Notes under the pieces: model-generated | Told to the model about the DNA's origin: nothing | Seen by the model: the letters and a program-made list of their open reading frames with translations, nothing else | The model's database searches: none | Source: the human T2T-CHM13v2.0 reference genome, Homo sapiens | DNA length: 64,000 bases | Reading direction: 5' to 3' (one strand) | Assembly: GCF_009914755.1 (NCBI RefSeq) | Contig: NC_060933.1 | Made by a program: the position numbers and the translations under genes | Part shown: one piece after another, positions 29,613 through 42,689 of the stretch | Numbering within the stretch: the stretch's first letter is position 1 | Layout: each line of letters opens with the position of its first letter

Positions 29613-31809
29613 ACCATGCTTTATACCCCATGTTGATTTTTTTTTTAATAATGAGTGTTGAGGTCCCCATTAGGTAAAGGGATTTGCCCAGAGTCTCAAA
29701 TATACCCAAGTGGGTCCCAAGGATTCTGACTCTTTGCCTCATGCTTCACCCACTAGTCTTTGAATAGAGTTTGTGTCTTTAAGACTGGGCTAAATATCTA
29801 AAATCAACTTCTTATTTTATATTCACTAGAAGAAAATATAATCTAAAGAAAGCCGGTAGTGGTTCCTTTCATCGTGTTTGTGAGTTCCTTTCATTGTTTC
29901 ATACATGCTAACTTGAGTATTTGATTTCATTCTACTGGGGTCTTGCTAACTCAAGACTATGGTTTAGGCACCCTCAGAAGAAGAAAGCCTGTCTGAAGTA
30001 TCAGCCCCTCATGAGCACATTTTGGCATTTTGAGAGCCTGCTTTTGCTCCCTCTGAGTCATTCAGTACTTGGCCCTCTCCCTCAAAGGAACAGAGATACA
30101 GTAGTAGCACTGTGTCAGAGTGACACAAATTACTTTGTGGCAATTATACACAGTTAGGAACCTAAATTTGCCCTTCTCAGGGAAAATAGTTCAGAACCAC
30201 CTCCCTCATTTTGTATTTTCACTTTTTTAGGTAAGAAAATTTTAAATTTATATGCTAATACAATGTAGTTCATTTTGTTCTATGATTAATTAGTTGCCTC
30301 ACCTTGGGCAAGAAAGTTTATCTCTCTTAGTCTATTTTCTAGGTGTTTTGGCTAGAATAAATCCCCTCTAATGTCCCTTTCAGATCTAGTGATTTCTGAA
30401 ACTATGAACTTAGAGTACATTATAAACTACACAGATATAAACTGTGGTGAAGCCTCGCCTTCAACTCTAGTAGAAACAAAGAAGGAGCTGCATGCAAGCG
30501 GCTCAAACAGGGCATCCCAGTGCAGGAGTCCCTTGAAGACAAATCTGTTTTATAAATGTTTTTGTCTGTTATTCCAAAAGACATGTAGAAATGTTCAAGG
30601 TACATTAACACATTCTACTGAAAAAGCAGTTTTTATAAGTGTTTAAAAAATGAGAGCAAAATTTCAGACTAAAAAATTTATCTCCATAAAAATATATTTA
30701 TCTGCAAGAAATATATTCATGCAAACCCAGGAGCCATTTCCATTCTACACTTGATGCAAAGTTCTAGGAAGCCTATAAAAATAAGGTATTAACTTTTGGA
30801 TGGAAATGTAATTCCCAAATAGACATTTAGTACAATAAATAGATGGAATATGATGTTGCCTTTTTTGATAAATTTGTCACTGTTTTCATAATTTCATATA
30901 AAATGGAACTGTAGTTTGATGAAAAACAGTTTGAACTTTGGACACAGATTTGGCTTTACATTGGAGTTCAACTAGAAATTTACTGGACATATCAAGCAAG
31001 ATCCCTCAACTCTCTGAAGCTCAATACGTAATTTAATATATAAAATGTATTTTTATATGTGCTCTACAGTGAGCAGAATATATATAAAATATCTAACTGA
31101 TATATATAATATCTAATTGGTGGAATTGTTTATAGATTTAGATGCCAAGTAGCATGTTGTAAACATCACTAAACATCAGTTTCCTTTTGCTGCATTATAA
31201 TGCAGCGCTTTTTCCCAATGTTCCGGGTGCAATCAAATATCCTAGAGATGGTTGTTACATGACAAATACTGATGCAGTTATTGTTGGCCGCCACACTGCT
31301 TCCATACCTTAATAAAATGACTGGCCTCTTTTGGAAGGAATATTGAGTTCTTACTATGTACCAGACACTGTGCAAAGAGCATTCACATGTGTGATACTAC
31401 ATAACCTTCACAACATCCTGCAAGTACTTAACACTGCAGTGTTTACATGGTGCCCAAGGACCTGCTAATGACCACTCTACTCATTACCCTGTGACCACAT
31501 TCATCCCCTATTATTCCACCCAGCTTTCTTGTTTGTCACTTCATTCCTTTTTGTATTTTTTCTAGGTTACTGACAGTACTAAAAATATCAACCCCTAGAG
31601 TAAGTGAGGGAATCAATGTGGTAAAAAAAAATTCCAACATTAAAACCTCAACTATATAGCTAACTACAGAGAGAACTATATTGCACACCAAATTCATTTT
31701 TGGCATATTTCATGCCCTTCCCAGAGAACCCTTTATTCCTTACTCCAAGTTTCAAACGCCTGACTAGATTGAGTTGCCTTTCATGGCCTTCTCCTAAATG
31801 TTTTCCTTT

Positions 31810-31939
31810 CTTTTTTTTTTTTTGGCCAGGCTGGTCTTTTTTTTTTTTTTTCGTTTTCTTTTTTTATTATACTTTAAGTTTTAGGGTACATGTGCACAAC
31901 GTGCGGGTTAGTTACATATGTATACATGTGCCATGTTGG
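31810..31939 (-). mobile_element. Severely 5'-truncated young L1PA (PA2/PA3-like) 3' end
   Basis: TTATACTTTAAGTTTTAGGGTACATGTGCACAACGTGC; TSD AATGTTTTCCTTT at 31797-31809 and 31940-31952. Confidence 0.9.
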
Positions 31940-32789
31940 AATGTTTTCCTTTTTCTAAATCCAGTAGAAACCTCTTTCCTCTGTCTCGATTCCCTTATTC
32001 ATATGCTTTCTTCTCTCCCTCCCTCTCTCTTTCACCTCTATTTCTTTTTCTGAGCCCAGGTCGTTATCCTCCTATTAAACTGCCTTACATGGAATTCCTT
32101 TTCTATCCCTAATTCTTGACAGCTTTTTTTAAGCCCAGTTTTTTTTTTTTTTTTTGCATATTACCCTGTGCTTCATGCTATACTTCAACTTTAGCATCAG
32201 AATTTATCTCACAAGGAAGAACTCAGCAAAGGAAAACAGGGGTAGAGTATAACTAAATAAAAACTGTCATAATGGTATTAGATAATGAAGAAATAAACAG
32301 AAACATTTGGAAGAACAGAAAAGAGACATTGGGAAAGAGAAATAACTTTAGAAACTGAAAGAAATAATTATCTTATTCTGGTTTTTATCTGTTTTCTCTG
32401 AAGAACCCATAAATCCTCAAGGGTAACTGGCCATAGGCTTGCGGGTGACAGTTGGAAACCCTCGGCTGAAATGAGCAGTGGAAGGAGAGAAAACCTTATT
32501 TATTGGAGTTATTTTGAATACCCCCCTCAAAATACTCTTCAAAGATTACAAAAGTTTGTGTTATATTTTCAAATTACAACAGAAATGTAGAAAGGCTTTT
32601 TATTTCTTATTATGTAAAGTTAAAAGTCTATTTATTTAGAATTTGAGAACTGAGAGGGTTAAATAAAAACCAAACTGAGAAAATTATCATTCTTGGGTCA
32701 AGTTTTTGATATAATCCTTTCAGAGAAAATAATATTCACTTTGCCTATTATTTATTATTAATTAGAGATCACATTAAAATTACAGAATC

Positions 32790-33102
<313 letters not shown>

Positions 33103-33624
33103 TCAAATATCTTGTATTTTCAGTTGATGAACAGAAGATAGATTTTTTTTTCTTTCCACTCATTGGAAAGTTTTATTTAATTAAATTCACTGGAATGTTA
33201 AGAAAAGTTATCATCAATCTTTTATTTTAATTTTCCATAATTTCCTTCTACAATGTGATTTTAGAGGCCCAATACAATCAGGATATGCAAAGTTATGCTA
33301 TAATAACAAATAACCCCCAAATCTCAGTGGCTTCCAAAATCAATAACTTATTATTCATGCTATCCATTTACCCTGGATAAGCCAAGGGTTTTGCTCTGAG
33401 ACTGATTAAGTAATTACCATTTTGAATACTTTAGGATTTCAAGATTGAAGGAAAGAATGCTTTAGAAAGTCTTGTGTCAACAATTTAGAAATCTGGCCAC
33501 TAGAAAAAAGAAAAATAATTCATTTACTCGTTCCCTCATTCAATAACTATTTTTTAGCACCTAATAGGTAGGCAAGCACTATTCTAGGTTCTTAGAAAAC
33601 ACCACAAAAAATTACAATGAAAAC

Positions 33625-34213
33625 TGTCAAAGCAAAAATTGCATTGTACCAAAATAAACAAGCAAGGAAGACTTTATTCAAGGCTGCTGCAATCTTCTGA
33701 TCTCTGAGAGAGAGATCAAAACTCAGTCTGAGCTCAACTCTGCTGAAACATAGGGCAGGAGAATTTTTAGGAGCTGGGATTAAAAGGATCACAGGCTATC
33801 TCTGTTTCCTTTGACATTACCCAAAGGAAAAATTAATTTTATAACTTAAAGCAAGGTGCTTGCCTCCTGAGTTTAGGTCTCTACCATCCTACAGAGACTG
33901 GGAAATAGAGACTCTATCTTGTGCTATGATTACATTTCAAAGGGATGGCTTTTAGTTCCTTAAATAAGTCCTGGGTTACAAAAGTGACAAAAAGCTTTTT
34001 AAACGATTTACATCTCAAATGTGAAGAAAGCATGGTTATAATTCTAGGTTTTCTAGGGTAAATGCTCCAAAAACCTAGGGGAGGGAGCTTTGTGGTTAGA
34101 CTATCCAGACTCTATAAGGGCTAGGGTGAGCCGTGGATCAAAATCCTTAACACAGGAAGAAATCTGTCTAAAATTGAATCAATCTGAGGGAAAAATTAAG
34201 ACAATCGTTGCCA
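33625..34213 (-). mobile_element. ERV1 solo LTR (MER31/MER67-like)
   Basis: TG..CA ends, CAGGAAGAAATCTGTCTAAAATTG..TGAGGG motif; 4-bp TSD AAAC on both sides. Confidence 0.7.
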
Positions 34214-34314
34214 AAACAAAAAGCATGATGACTCTAGTAAATCATCTAATTTATACTTGAAAATTGCTAAGACGACAAATCTGAAGTGGTCTCATTTGCA
34301 AAGGATAAATATCA

Positions 34315-37300
34315 ACAAGATGGCAGACTAGGACCTTCCAACATTCATCTCCCTCCCCACAGAAATATCCATGTGAATATCTACCCACTTGTGAAAATAC
34401 CTTCACAAGAAATTAAGGAAACCAAGTGACAGATTACAGCACCTGGTGTGGAACATAAATAAGAAAAGATGAAGCAGGTTCAAGAAGGAGAGTTTATATT
34501 ATACACATCACCCCTTTCCCAACCACAGTGTGGAAAGAGACACTGTCCACACGGGGGATGGAGAAGGAAGTGAGCACTGGACATCACCTTGGACTCTAAA
34601 AATGGACCAATTCTGGTAAAACTCAGCACCAGGCAGGCCGCTGTAGCCCCAAACTCCAGATCAATACTTGTGAATTGAGTCTCTGGGTTCATCACACCAC
34701 CAGGTTGACCATAGCAGTGGTTCTGGGCTTCAGGCCACCCCAGTGCCAGGACCCACCCCAACAGACTCAGACTCCAGGCCTGCTCCAGGGCCAGTCAGGC
34801 TCTGGTGGCCCCAGGCTCCAGTCTGCCCCCAGAAATTGGCTGGCCCTGCAGTGTCAGGCTCAGGCCCAACCCCGCATCATGCTGACCTCCACTGCCCTAG
34901 TCATCAAGTGGCACTCATGAACACAGCTTTATGTGGATACATATTCTAGAGCCACACAGGACTAGGACATCCCCTGTGACTGCAGGCTCTAGGTTTACTT
35001 CAGGTTTCAGAACTGCCCAGAGCCAGGTAGGTATCCACATAGCCTCAGGCTTCAGGCCCACTCTAGTACTAGGTCAGCACTATGCCACAGGGACCAGGCT
35101 GGCACCTGTGAACATAGACTCCAGACCTGCCCAGTGCCAAGCTGGTTTCTGCCACTCCACCCTCCAGGCCAGCCCATATGTCAGGCAAACCCAAGGTCCA
35201 GGCCCTTTCCAGTAGACCCCAGCACTGGGCCTGCCACATGGATCTAAGCTCTAGGACCACTCCTGTGGACCCAGATTCCACTTCTGTCCCTGCAACCCTA
35301 GGACCCAGGGCAGTCCTCATAGATCTAGCCTTCAGGTCAATATCTATACACATAGGCTCCAGGCAAGACCCCAAGGCCCCATGCTCCAGGGCAGCCCCCA
35401 TTTCTCCAGACACTACTACAACATGCATGATACCAGGCTCCAGACTAGTCCCCATGGACCCAGGCCCCATGCTTACTCCAAAACCAGGCCAATTCCAGGC
35501 TCTAAGATAGTCCCCATGGCCCCAGATTCCAGTGGACCCATAGTCCAGGCCATGCCAGTAGACCTTGGTGCCAGGTTGGCCCCAAAGGACTGAGGCTCTG
35601 GCAGCATTCCTGCAAATCCAGGCTCCAGGCCAGCCCCTGTGGACACAAGACCCATGATCCAGGCTTGCCCCGTGGACTAAGGCTATCGGCCCACTCCAGT
35701 ACCAGATCAGTCCCAATAGATAAAGGGTTCAGGCCACCTTTATATACCAGCCTCCAGGGTCAACACTGGGGACCCGATCAACAAGTCCACTACAGCGTAT
35801 CCAGGATTTAGGCTCAATTCTACAGACTCAAGTACTAGGCCTGCCCACCTGCTGACCCAGGTACCAGATCAGCTGGCCTGAGAACTCGAGCAGCAAAGCC
35901 ACTCACAGACCACACCAGATGGCCTGCCCAGAATCTCTGGATGAGCTGAATGTTGAAGGGCTTTCTTGGACAAACCCAGTTTGCAAAGACTGGAGTAAGT
36001 CCCTAGTTTTCCAAATATGCAGATACCAATGCAAAGCCACAAGGATCATGGACAATCAGGAAAACATGGTACCATTAAAGGAACAAAATGAAGAGCCAGT
36101 AACCAACTCTAAAGAAAAAGATATCTATGAGCCATTTGGCAAATAATTCAAAGTAATTGTTTTAAAGAAGCTCAGCAAACTTCCAGAAAATGTGGAGAAA
36201 CAATTCACCAAAAGTAGGAAAACAATGTATGACCAAAATGGGTAATTTAACAGAAAAATTGAAATTCTAAAAAAATTATATAAAAATTAGGGAGTAGAAA
36301 TATATAATGAATGAAATTAAAAATACAATAGAGAGCACAGACAACAGAAATGATCAAGAAAAAGAATCTGTGGATTCAGATAGGTTACTTGAAAATATGC
36401 AATCAGAATAAAAAAAGGAATTGAGAAGGTGTATGGGATTTATAAGACAGCATCAAAACAACAACTTTTTCAAGTTATAGCAAATCAGAGAGTAGAAGAG
36501 AGAGACATATGAACAGAAAGATTTTTTTTAAATAATGGCAGAAAACTTTCCAAATCTAGGGAATGATACAAATATACAGGTGAAGTCCAAGCTCTCCAAC
36601 CAGATTCAATCTGAACAAGAATACATCAAGACATAATCAAACTGTCAAGAATTTACAAAGAGAGGATTCTGAAAGCAGTAAAATAAAAAAAAAAAATCAC
36701 ATATAAGAAAGTTTTAATAAGGCTGCCAATGGATTTCTCAACAGAAATTTTACAGCCAGGTAAGAGTGGAATGATATATTCAAAGTGCTGAGGGGAAAAA
36801 AAAATAACTGGCAACTAAAAATACTATACTCGGCAATGTCATCCTTCAGAAATGAGATATAAAGCTTTTCCCAGGCAAACACTGAGAAAAGTCATCACAA
36901 CAAGGCCTGTCTTACAAAAAAAAATGTTAAGGAGAGTCCTTAAAGGTAAAAGACAATGATGCTAATTTGTAACACAAAAACCTATGAAAGTATGAAACTC
37001 AGTAAAAATAAACACAGTCAAATTTAGAATACTTTAACACTGTAATCATGGTGTGTTAATCACTTATAGCTTCAGCACTAAGTTTAAGAAACAAAACTAT
37101 TACAATAATAATACCTACAAAATTTGTTAAGGGATATACAATATAAAATGTCAATTGTGACATCAAAATTATAAAATGTGGGGAAGGTGGAATAAAACTG
37201 TGGTGGGTTTTTGTGTCATCAAAGTTAATTAATTATTAGTTTAAAATAGCCTGCTATAACTATAAGATGCTTTAAGTAATCACCATGGTAACCAGAAAAT

Positions 37301-38030
37301 AAAAATCTACAGTAAATACACAAAAGGCAAAAAGTAAGAAATCAAAGCATACCACTAGAGAAAATAACCCAATCATAAAGGAAGACAGTAAAAGAGGAAA
37401 AAAGAAACAGAAGAGCTACAAGACAACTAGAAAACAAAAAAATGGCAGTAGTAACTCCTTACTTATCAATAACTACTAGGTTGGAGCAAAAGTAATTGTG
37501 GCTTTGGCATTGAAAGTAATAGCAAAAACCTAAGACCTTGAATGTAAATTGATTAAATTATCCAATCAATACTAAATGGATATAGAAAAAACAGGACCCA
37601 ACTATATGCTGCCTTCAAGAGACTCACTTTAAGGACATATATAGAGTGAAAGTGAAGAAATGAAAGAAAATATTCCATGAAAATAGAAACTGAAAGGGAG
37701 CAGAAGTAGCTATTTTTTATATCAGACTAAAGAGACTTTTTAGTCTAAAACCACAAAATGAGACAAAGAAGGTCATTATAATAGTCAATTCATCAAAAGA
37801 ACAATTATAAATATATATACACCCAAATCAGCGCACCTAAATATATAAGGCAAATAATAATAGAGCTGAAGGGAGAGATAGACTATAATACAATAATAGT
37901 AGGAGACTTTAGTACCCCACTTATAGATCACATATTAGGCCACACAACAAGTCTTAACAAATTTAAGAAGACTGAAATCATATCAAGTATCTTTTCAGAC
38001 CACAATGGTATGAAATGAAAATCAGAGGAA
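34315..38030 (+). mobile_element. Old L1M 5' portion (repetitive GC-rich 5'UTR, decayed ORF1, start of ORF2 endonuclease)
   Basis: CAAGATGGCAGACTAG start; ORF1 motifs (ATGGCAGAAAACTTTCCAAATCT, GATTTCTCAACAGAAA); ORF2 motifs (GACCCAACTATATGCTGCC, AATAGTAGGAGACTTT). Confidence 0.88.
37476..37533. mobile_element. MADE1 (Hsmar1-derived MITE), internally deleted
   Basis: TAGGTTGGAGCAAAAGTAATTGTGG...CAAAAACCTAA interrupts the start of L1 ORF2. Confidence 0.8.
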
Positions 38031-38039
38031 AGGCTGAAA

Positions 38040-38287
38040 AACTCAGTGTCTGGTGAGGTTTACTTGCTGGTTCATAGGGAGCTATCTTTTCACTCTATCC
38101 TCATATGACAAAAGGGCCAGGGAGCTCCCTAGGGCCTCTTTTATAAGGCACAAATTCCATTCAAGAGGGCTCTGCCTTCATGACCTAATCACCTTTCAAA
38201 GGCACCACCTCCTGATACCATCACTTTAGGAGTTATGATTTCAACATGTAGAAATTTTGGAGAATCACAAATATTTAGACTACAGCA
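38040..38287 (-). mobile_element. MaLR LTR fragment (MLT1A/MSTD-like)
   Basis: CATGACCTAATCACCT..ACCATCAC..GATTTCAACAT..TAGACTACAGCA. Confidence 0.8.
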
Positions 38288-38306
38288 AGAGGAGATGGTA
38301 GGTATA

Positions 38307-38669
38307 TGCAATGACCTGAAAACTGTGTTCTCAGAAAATTCACATGTCAAATCACAGTCACTAAGGTGATGATGATAAGAAGTGAGGCCTTTGGGAGGTG
38401 ATTAGGTCATCATGGTGGAGTCCTCATGAATGGGAATAGTGATCTTATTAAAGATGCCCCAGAGAGCTGCCTTGTCCCTGCCACTATGTGAGGACACAGC
38501 TGGGGGGTGTCATCTGTGACCCAGAGTGCCAGCGCTCACCAGACACTGAATCTACCAGAGCCTTGATCTTGGATTTTTCAACCTCCAGACTATGAGAAAA
38601 AAATTTCTGTCATTTATAAGCCATCCAGTTTATGGTATTTTGTTATAGCAGCCCAAATAATTTAAGACA
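38307..38669 (+). mobile_element. MLT1A-like solo LTR
   Basis: GGCCTTTGGGAGGTGATTAGGTCAT..TGTTATAGCAGCCCAAA..AAGACA; TSD GTATA/GTATT. Confidence 0.85.
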
Positions 38670-38985
38670 GTATTTGAATTTTGAATTTGTATTTTAGATG
38701 ATATTTAACGATCAGCAAAACAAAGAGATGGGGAGTATACAGAGAGAAGAGGACATGTCAAATAGCTGAGCCACTGGATATTTCTATCATTGAAAAACTG
38801 GGAGAAGAGGAGAAACCAACAAAAGAGATCAAAAAGAAGCATGTAGTAAGGTAAAGAGGAAAGCAAGAGAGGGTGGTGTCCTGGAAGCTACAGAAATAAA
38901 ATTTCAAGGTGATTAATCTGAAGTCTCTGATCACTTTAGTTTTCTCACTATAAAAGCAAGATAATCAGATGAGAAAAAAGGAAAG

Positions 38986-39366
38986 TGTGGTGTGCTGAAT
39001 TATGTCCCCCTCTACACTCATACATTTAAGTCCTAACCCCTAGTAGTTCAGAATGGGACTGTACTTGGACATAAGGTCTTTAAAGATGTAATTACATTAA
39101 AATAAGTTATTAGGGTGGACCCAAATCCAATATGACAGGTGTCCTTATGAGAAGAGGAGATTAAGTCACAGACATACACTGAGAGATGACAATGTGAAGA
39201 TATGGGGAGAAGACAGCTATCTACAAGCCAAGGAGAGAAGCCTCAGAAGAAATTTTTCCTGTTGACTCCTTGATCTCAGACCTCTAGCCTCCAGGATTGT
39301 AAGAAAATAAATTTCTGTTGTTTAAGCCACCCAGTCCATGCTAATTTGTTATGGCAGCCCTAGCAT
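38986..39366 (+). mobile_element. MLT1B-like LTR
   Basis: CCAAATCCAATATGACAGGTGTCCTTAT..AAGCCAAGGAGAGAAGCCTCAG..TGTTATGGCAGCCCTAGCA. Confidence 0.85.
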
Positions 39367-40422
39367 ATTTAGGTGTTTGTTGTTCGAGGAGCAAGGAGGA
39401 GAAGGAATACATTTCTTGCCTAGAAAAAAAACAAAGAAAAATAAATGGACTAAGGATGAGAAGTATGATTTCCAGGCAGCATGGGGACCCTCAAGAGGTT
39501 CACTGAATTTAAAGACCAATTGGTGGGACTGTAAATTATTCTGTAGCCCCATTCAACTTCAAAAGGTACCAATTTAGGATAGCTGCAGAATTCGATTTAA
39601 AATAAGGATATTTGCTTTGCCAAGAAAGTTCAACAAGGAAAAAAGTAATAGAGGACCTATGAAGTTGATACATGCATTGGAATATTCATTATGTCTAACA
39701 GTAGACTTTAAATTGCGAAAGGTAAAAGTAGTGGCATTATGTAGGTAATGGAATGGAGGAAGGATCAGAGACTTTGAAAATAGGAACTGGGTTCTGGAGG
39801 GAAGAATCTGGAAAGACAGGAAGTTGGTTAGACAGTGGTTTACATGAAACTGATTGTCTAGCAGTTGCCAATAATGATAAGATTCTAGAGTATTTGTTAT
39901 CAAATGTGTTTGTGTCAGCAAAACCTGAAAAACCTGTTAAATATGGACTGCTGAGCTCCATGCCCAGAGTTTCTCATTCGATGTCTTCTGACTCAAGAGG
40001 TCCAAGATTTTGGATTTCTACGAAAGATAATTTCTTGTATGATGCTAAAGGTGCTAAAGGTGAGCACTAAAGGTGAGTCCTAAAGGTGAGGACTCCTGAT
40101 CTAAAGGATAAATATAAGATGTGTATCTGAGGTAGAAATGTAAATATCATTGAGGAGAAGAAATCAGTGAACTAACAAACCAGGGTGGTGGAGAAATTTA
40201 CTGAAATGAATTGAAACAATAGTAGTAGTATTAAAGAGCCAAGAAACAATATTCTTAAGAAATAATGTGTTGTGACATGGGATTAGAGGTGTATGTGTGT
40301 TTATCTAGAGAACTGTAGATACAGCTTTAGATGTAAACGTTGTGCTGTATGTGTCAGTAAAAAATAAATTATTAAATAAATTTTTAAGTTAAAAAAATCC
40401 AGTGCAAAACAATGTGTAAAAT

Positions 40423-40670
40423 TGCTGTAGGGTGAATTTTGTGTTTCCCAATATTCATGTGTTAATGCTCTAATCCTCAATGTGATGATATTTGGAAGGT
40501 GGAACCTTTAGGGGATAATTAGTCCATGAGGGTGGGGAGCCTTCATGAATGGAATTAGTGCCTTTCTAAGCAGATATATGAGACAGAGTATCTCTCTCCA
40601 CCATATGAGGACACAGCAAGAAGGTGTCTATTTGTAAACCAATAAATGTGTTCTCAGAAAGAGTCAAATT
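40423..40670 (+). mobile_element. MaLR LTR 5' part (MLT1A/MSTD-like)
   Basis: AATTCATGTGTT..CCATGAGGGTGG..CATATGAGGACACAGCAAGAAGG. Confidence 0.75.
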
Positions 40671-41008
40671 GGCCATGGACCAGCACTGGTCCATGGCCTG
40701 TTAGGAAGCAGGCCACCCAGCAGAAAGTGAGAAGCAAGCAAGAGAACATTACTGCCTGAGCTCCGCCTCCTGTCAGATCAGCAGCGGCATCAGATTCTCA
40801 CAAGAGAGCGAACCTATTGTGAACTGTGCATGAGAGGGATCTAGGTTGTGCACTCCTTACGAGAATCAGTCTAATGCCTGATGATGTGAGGTGGAACAGT
40901 TTCATCCTGAAATGATCTCCTCTCTCTCCCCACCCGCTCCCACCAGTCACTGGAAAAATTGTCTTCCATGAAACTGGTCCCTGGTGCCAAAAAGTTGGGG
41001 AAAGCTGG
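40671..41008 (+). mobile_element. MER1B (hAT-Charlie)
   Basis: CCTGAGCTCCGCCTCCTGTCAGATCAGCAGCGGCA and AAACTGGTCCCTGGTGCCAAAAAGTTGGGGA. Confidence 0.9.
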
Positions 41009-41204
41009 TATATATTATGATTAAAATGGTACAGATTATGATGTCAAAATATTATGGAGTTTCTACAAAACAGCTCCTCACTTTTCTCCAAACCACACAA
41101 ACACACATACACACAAACACACACGAGAGAATTTCACAAAATCTCAGCTTATGGAGAAATTTTGGAAGTTATCTGGTTTAGTTTTCTGTATCAAACGACG
41201 TTGT

Positions 41205-41730
41205 AAAGACTTTTTAAGAAGGTTACATGCTCACAGCAAAGTTGAGAAGAAGATAAAAATATCTTCCTGTCCCACAAATGAATAGACTCCCCCATAATCA
41301 ACATCCTTCATCAGAGTGGTACATTTGTTGAAAGTGATAAACTTATGTTGACATATTATCATTCAAACTTGGTAGTTCACATGAGAGTTCACTCTTGATG
41401 TTGTACGTTCTACGGGTTTCAACAATATAATGACATGTATCTAGCATTATAGTACCAACCAGGGTATTTCACTGACCAAAAACCTGTGCTGTCTGTTCAT
41501 CCCTCCCTCCCACAACCCCTACAACCATTTTTTTTTTTTTTTTTTACTATCTCCATAGTGTGTCTTTTCCATAATGTCACATGGTTGGAATTACACAGTC
41601 GGCAATTGGCTTTTTACAGATTGGCTTCTTACAGATTGCCCTTTACAGATTGGCTTCTTTCACTTAGTAAAATGCATTTAAATTTCCTTCGTGTCTTTTC
41701 ATGTCTTCATAGCTCATCTATTTTCATCAA
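41205..41730 (-). mobile_element. L1MC 3' region
   Basis: ATCAACATCC..CAGAGTGGTACATTTGTT..GATTGGCTTCTTTCACTTAG. Confidence 0.8.
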
Positions 41731-42689
41731 AGGATTTTCAAACTACATTCTGTGTTGCCTTAGGGTCTACTTGAGTTTTTAGAAGGTAGCCATGTGGATA
41801 GGCTCAGCTCACACTATAACGAGAGCTGCCCTATTTTATAAAATGAGTCTTCACCATAAGATTTTGTCTGAAGAAATGATTCTAAAAAAATGTTTGAAGG
41901 ACAAGAATGTGAGAATCTCCTCTTTAATATACTGATAAGAAATATCCCAGCTTCTGCCGAAGGACCTTAAATGCTAAGCAATTCACCACCTCATTATGTG
42001 CTTGGATAGCTCCAACTTTTAGAAAGTTTTATGCTAAGCCAAAATTGTCCTCCCTATAACTTTGATCAATTGGTTCACATTCTTGCTTTGGGCTATTTAA
42101 TTGCTGGCAGAGATTTTAGTTGCTTCCCTGAAGGCAGAAGACTTAATGTTTTGTAACTATTATTGATCTTTCACCAGTTTTGGCCTATAGCTGGGCAGCT
42201 AGATAATTTATTTCTCTTTGAGGTTCTCTGATACTATTTCTGGGCTACATTTCCTGTTTCATTTCTTGAAGCTTTCATTTCTATATGTGAAGAAATTTGA
42301 ACAATTTTTTTTTGTCTATGAGCTACACTTTTTAACATAGATACCAATTAGCTCTTAATTATTAAGCAGGTGAGAGGACACAGATACATATTTATAGCTT
42401 GGAGGTCATTTATATTAAATATTATGAAAATCTTTATAACAGTAATGTTGGAAAATTAAGTAATGAAATGAGCTACCAAGAAAGGGTGTACAATCACTGT
42501 CACTTGAGTACCTACTCAAGGCAGAAATGGCCACCTGTTGGGAAATGATGTTTTAGAGCTAATTATGTCTTCTGGCCATCATCTGTGGTATATATCTAAG
42601 CCATTCTCTTCACATTATTTGAAATCTTAATTTATATAAACACATGCCTATTCCATCAATAGTACTTATTAAAAATTGTTGTAAAATGC

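Noticed and set aside
35069-35716. 215-aa minus-strand ORF
   Set aside because: It lies in the repetitive L1 5'UTR, has low complexity and no recognisable domain
40671-40698. 13-bp-arm palindrome GGCCATGGACCAG-CA-CTGGTCCATGGCC
   Set aside because: Intrinsic to the MER1 consensus
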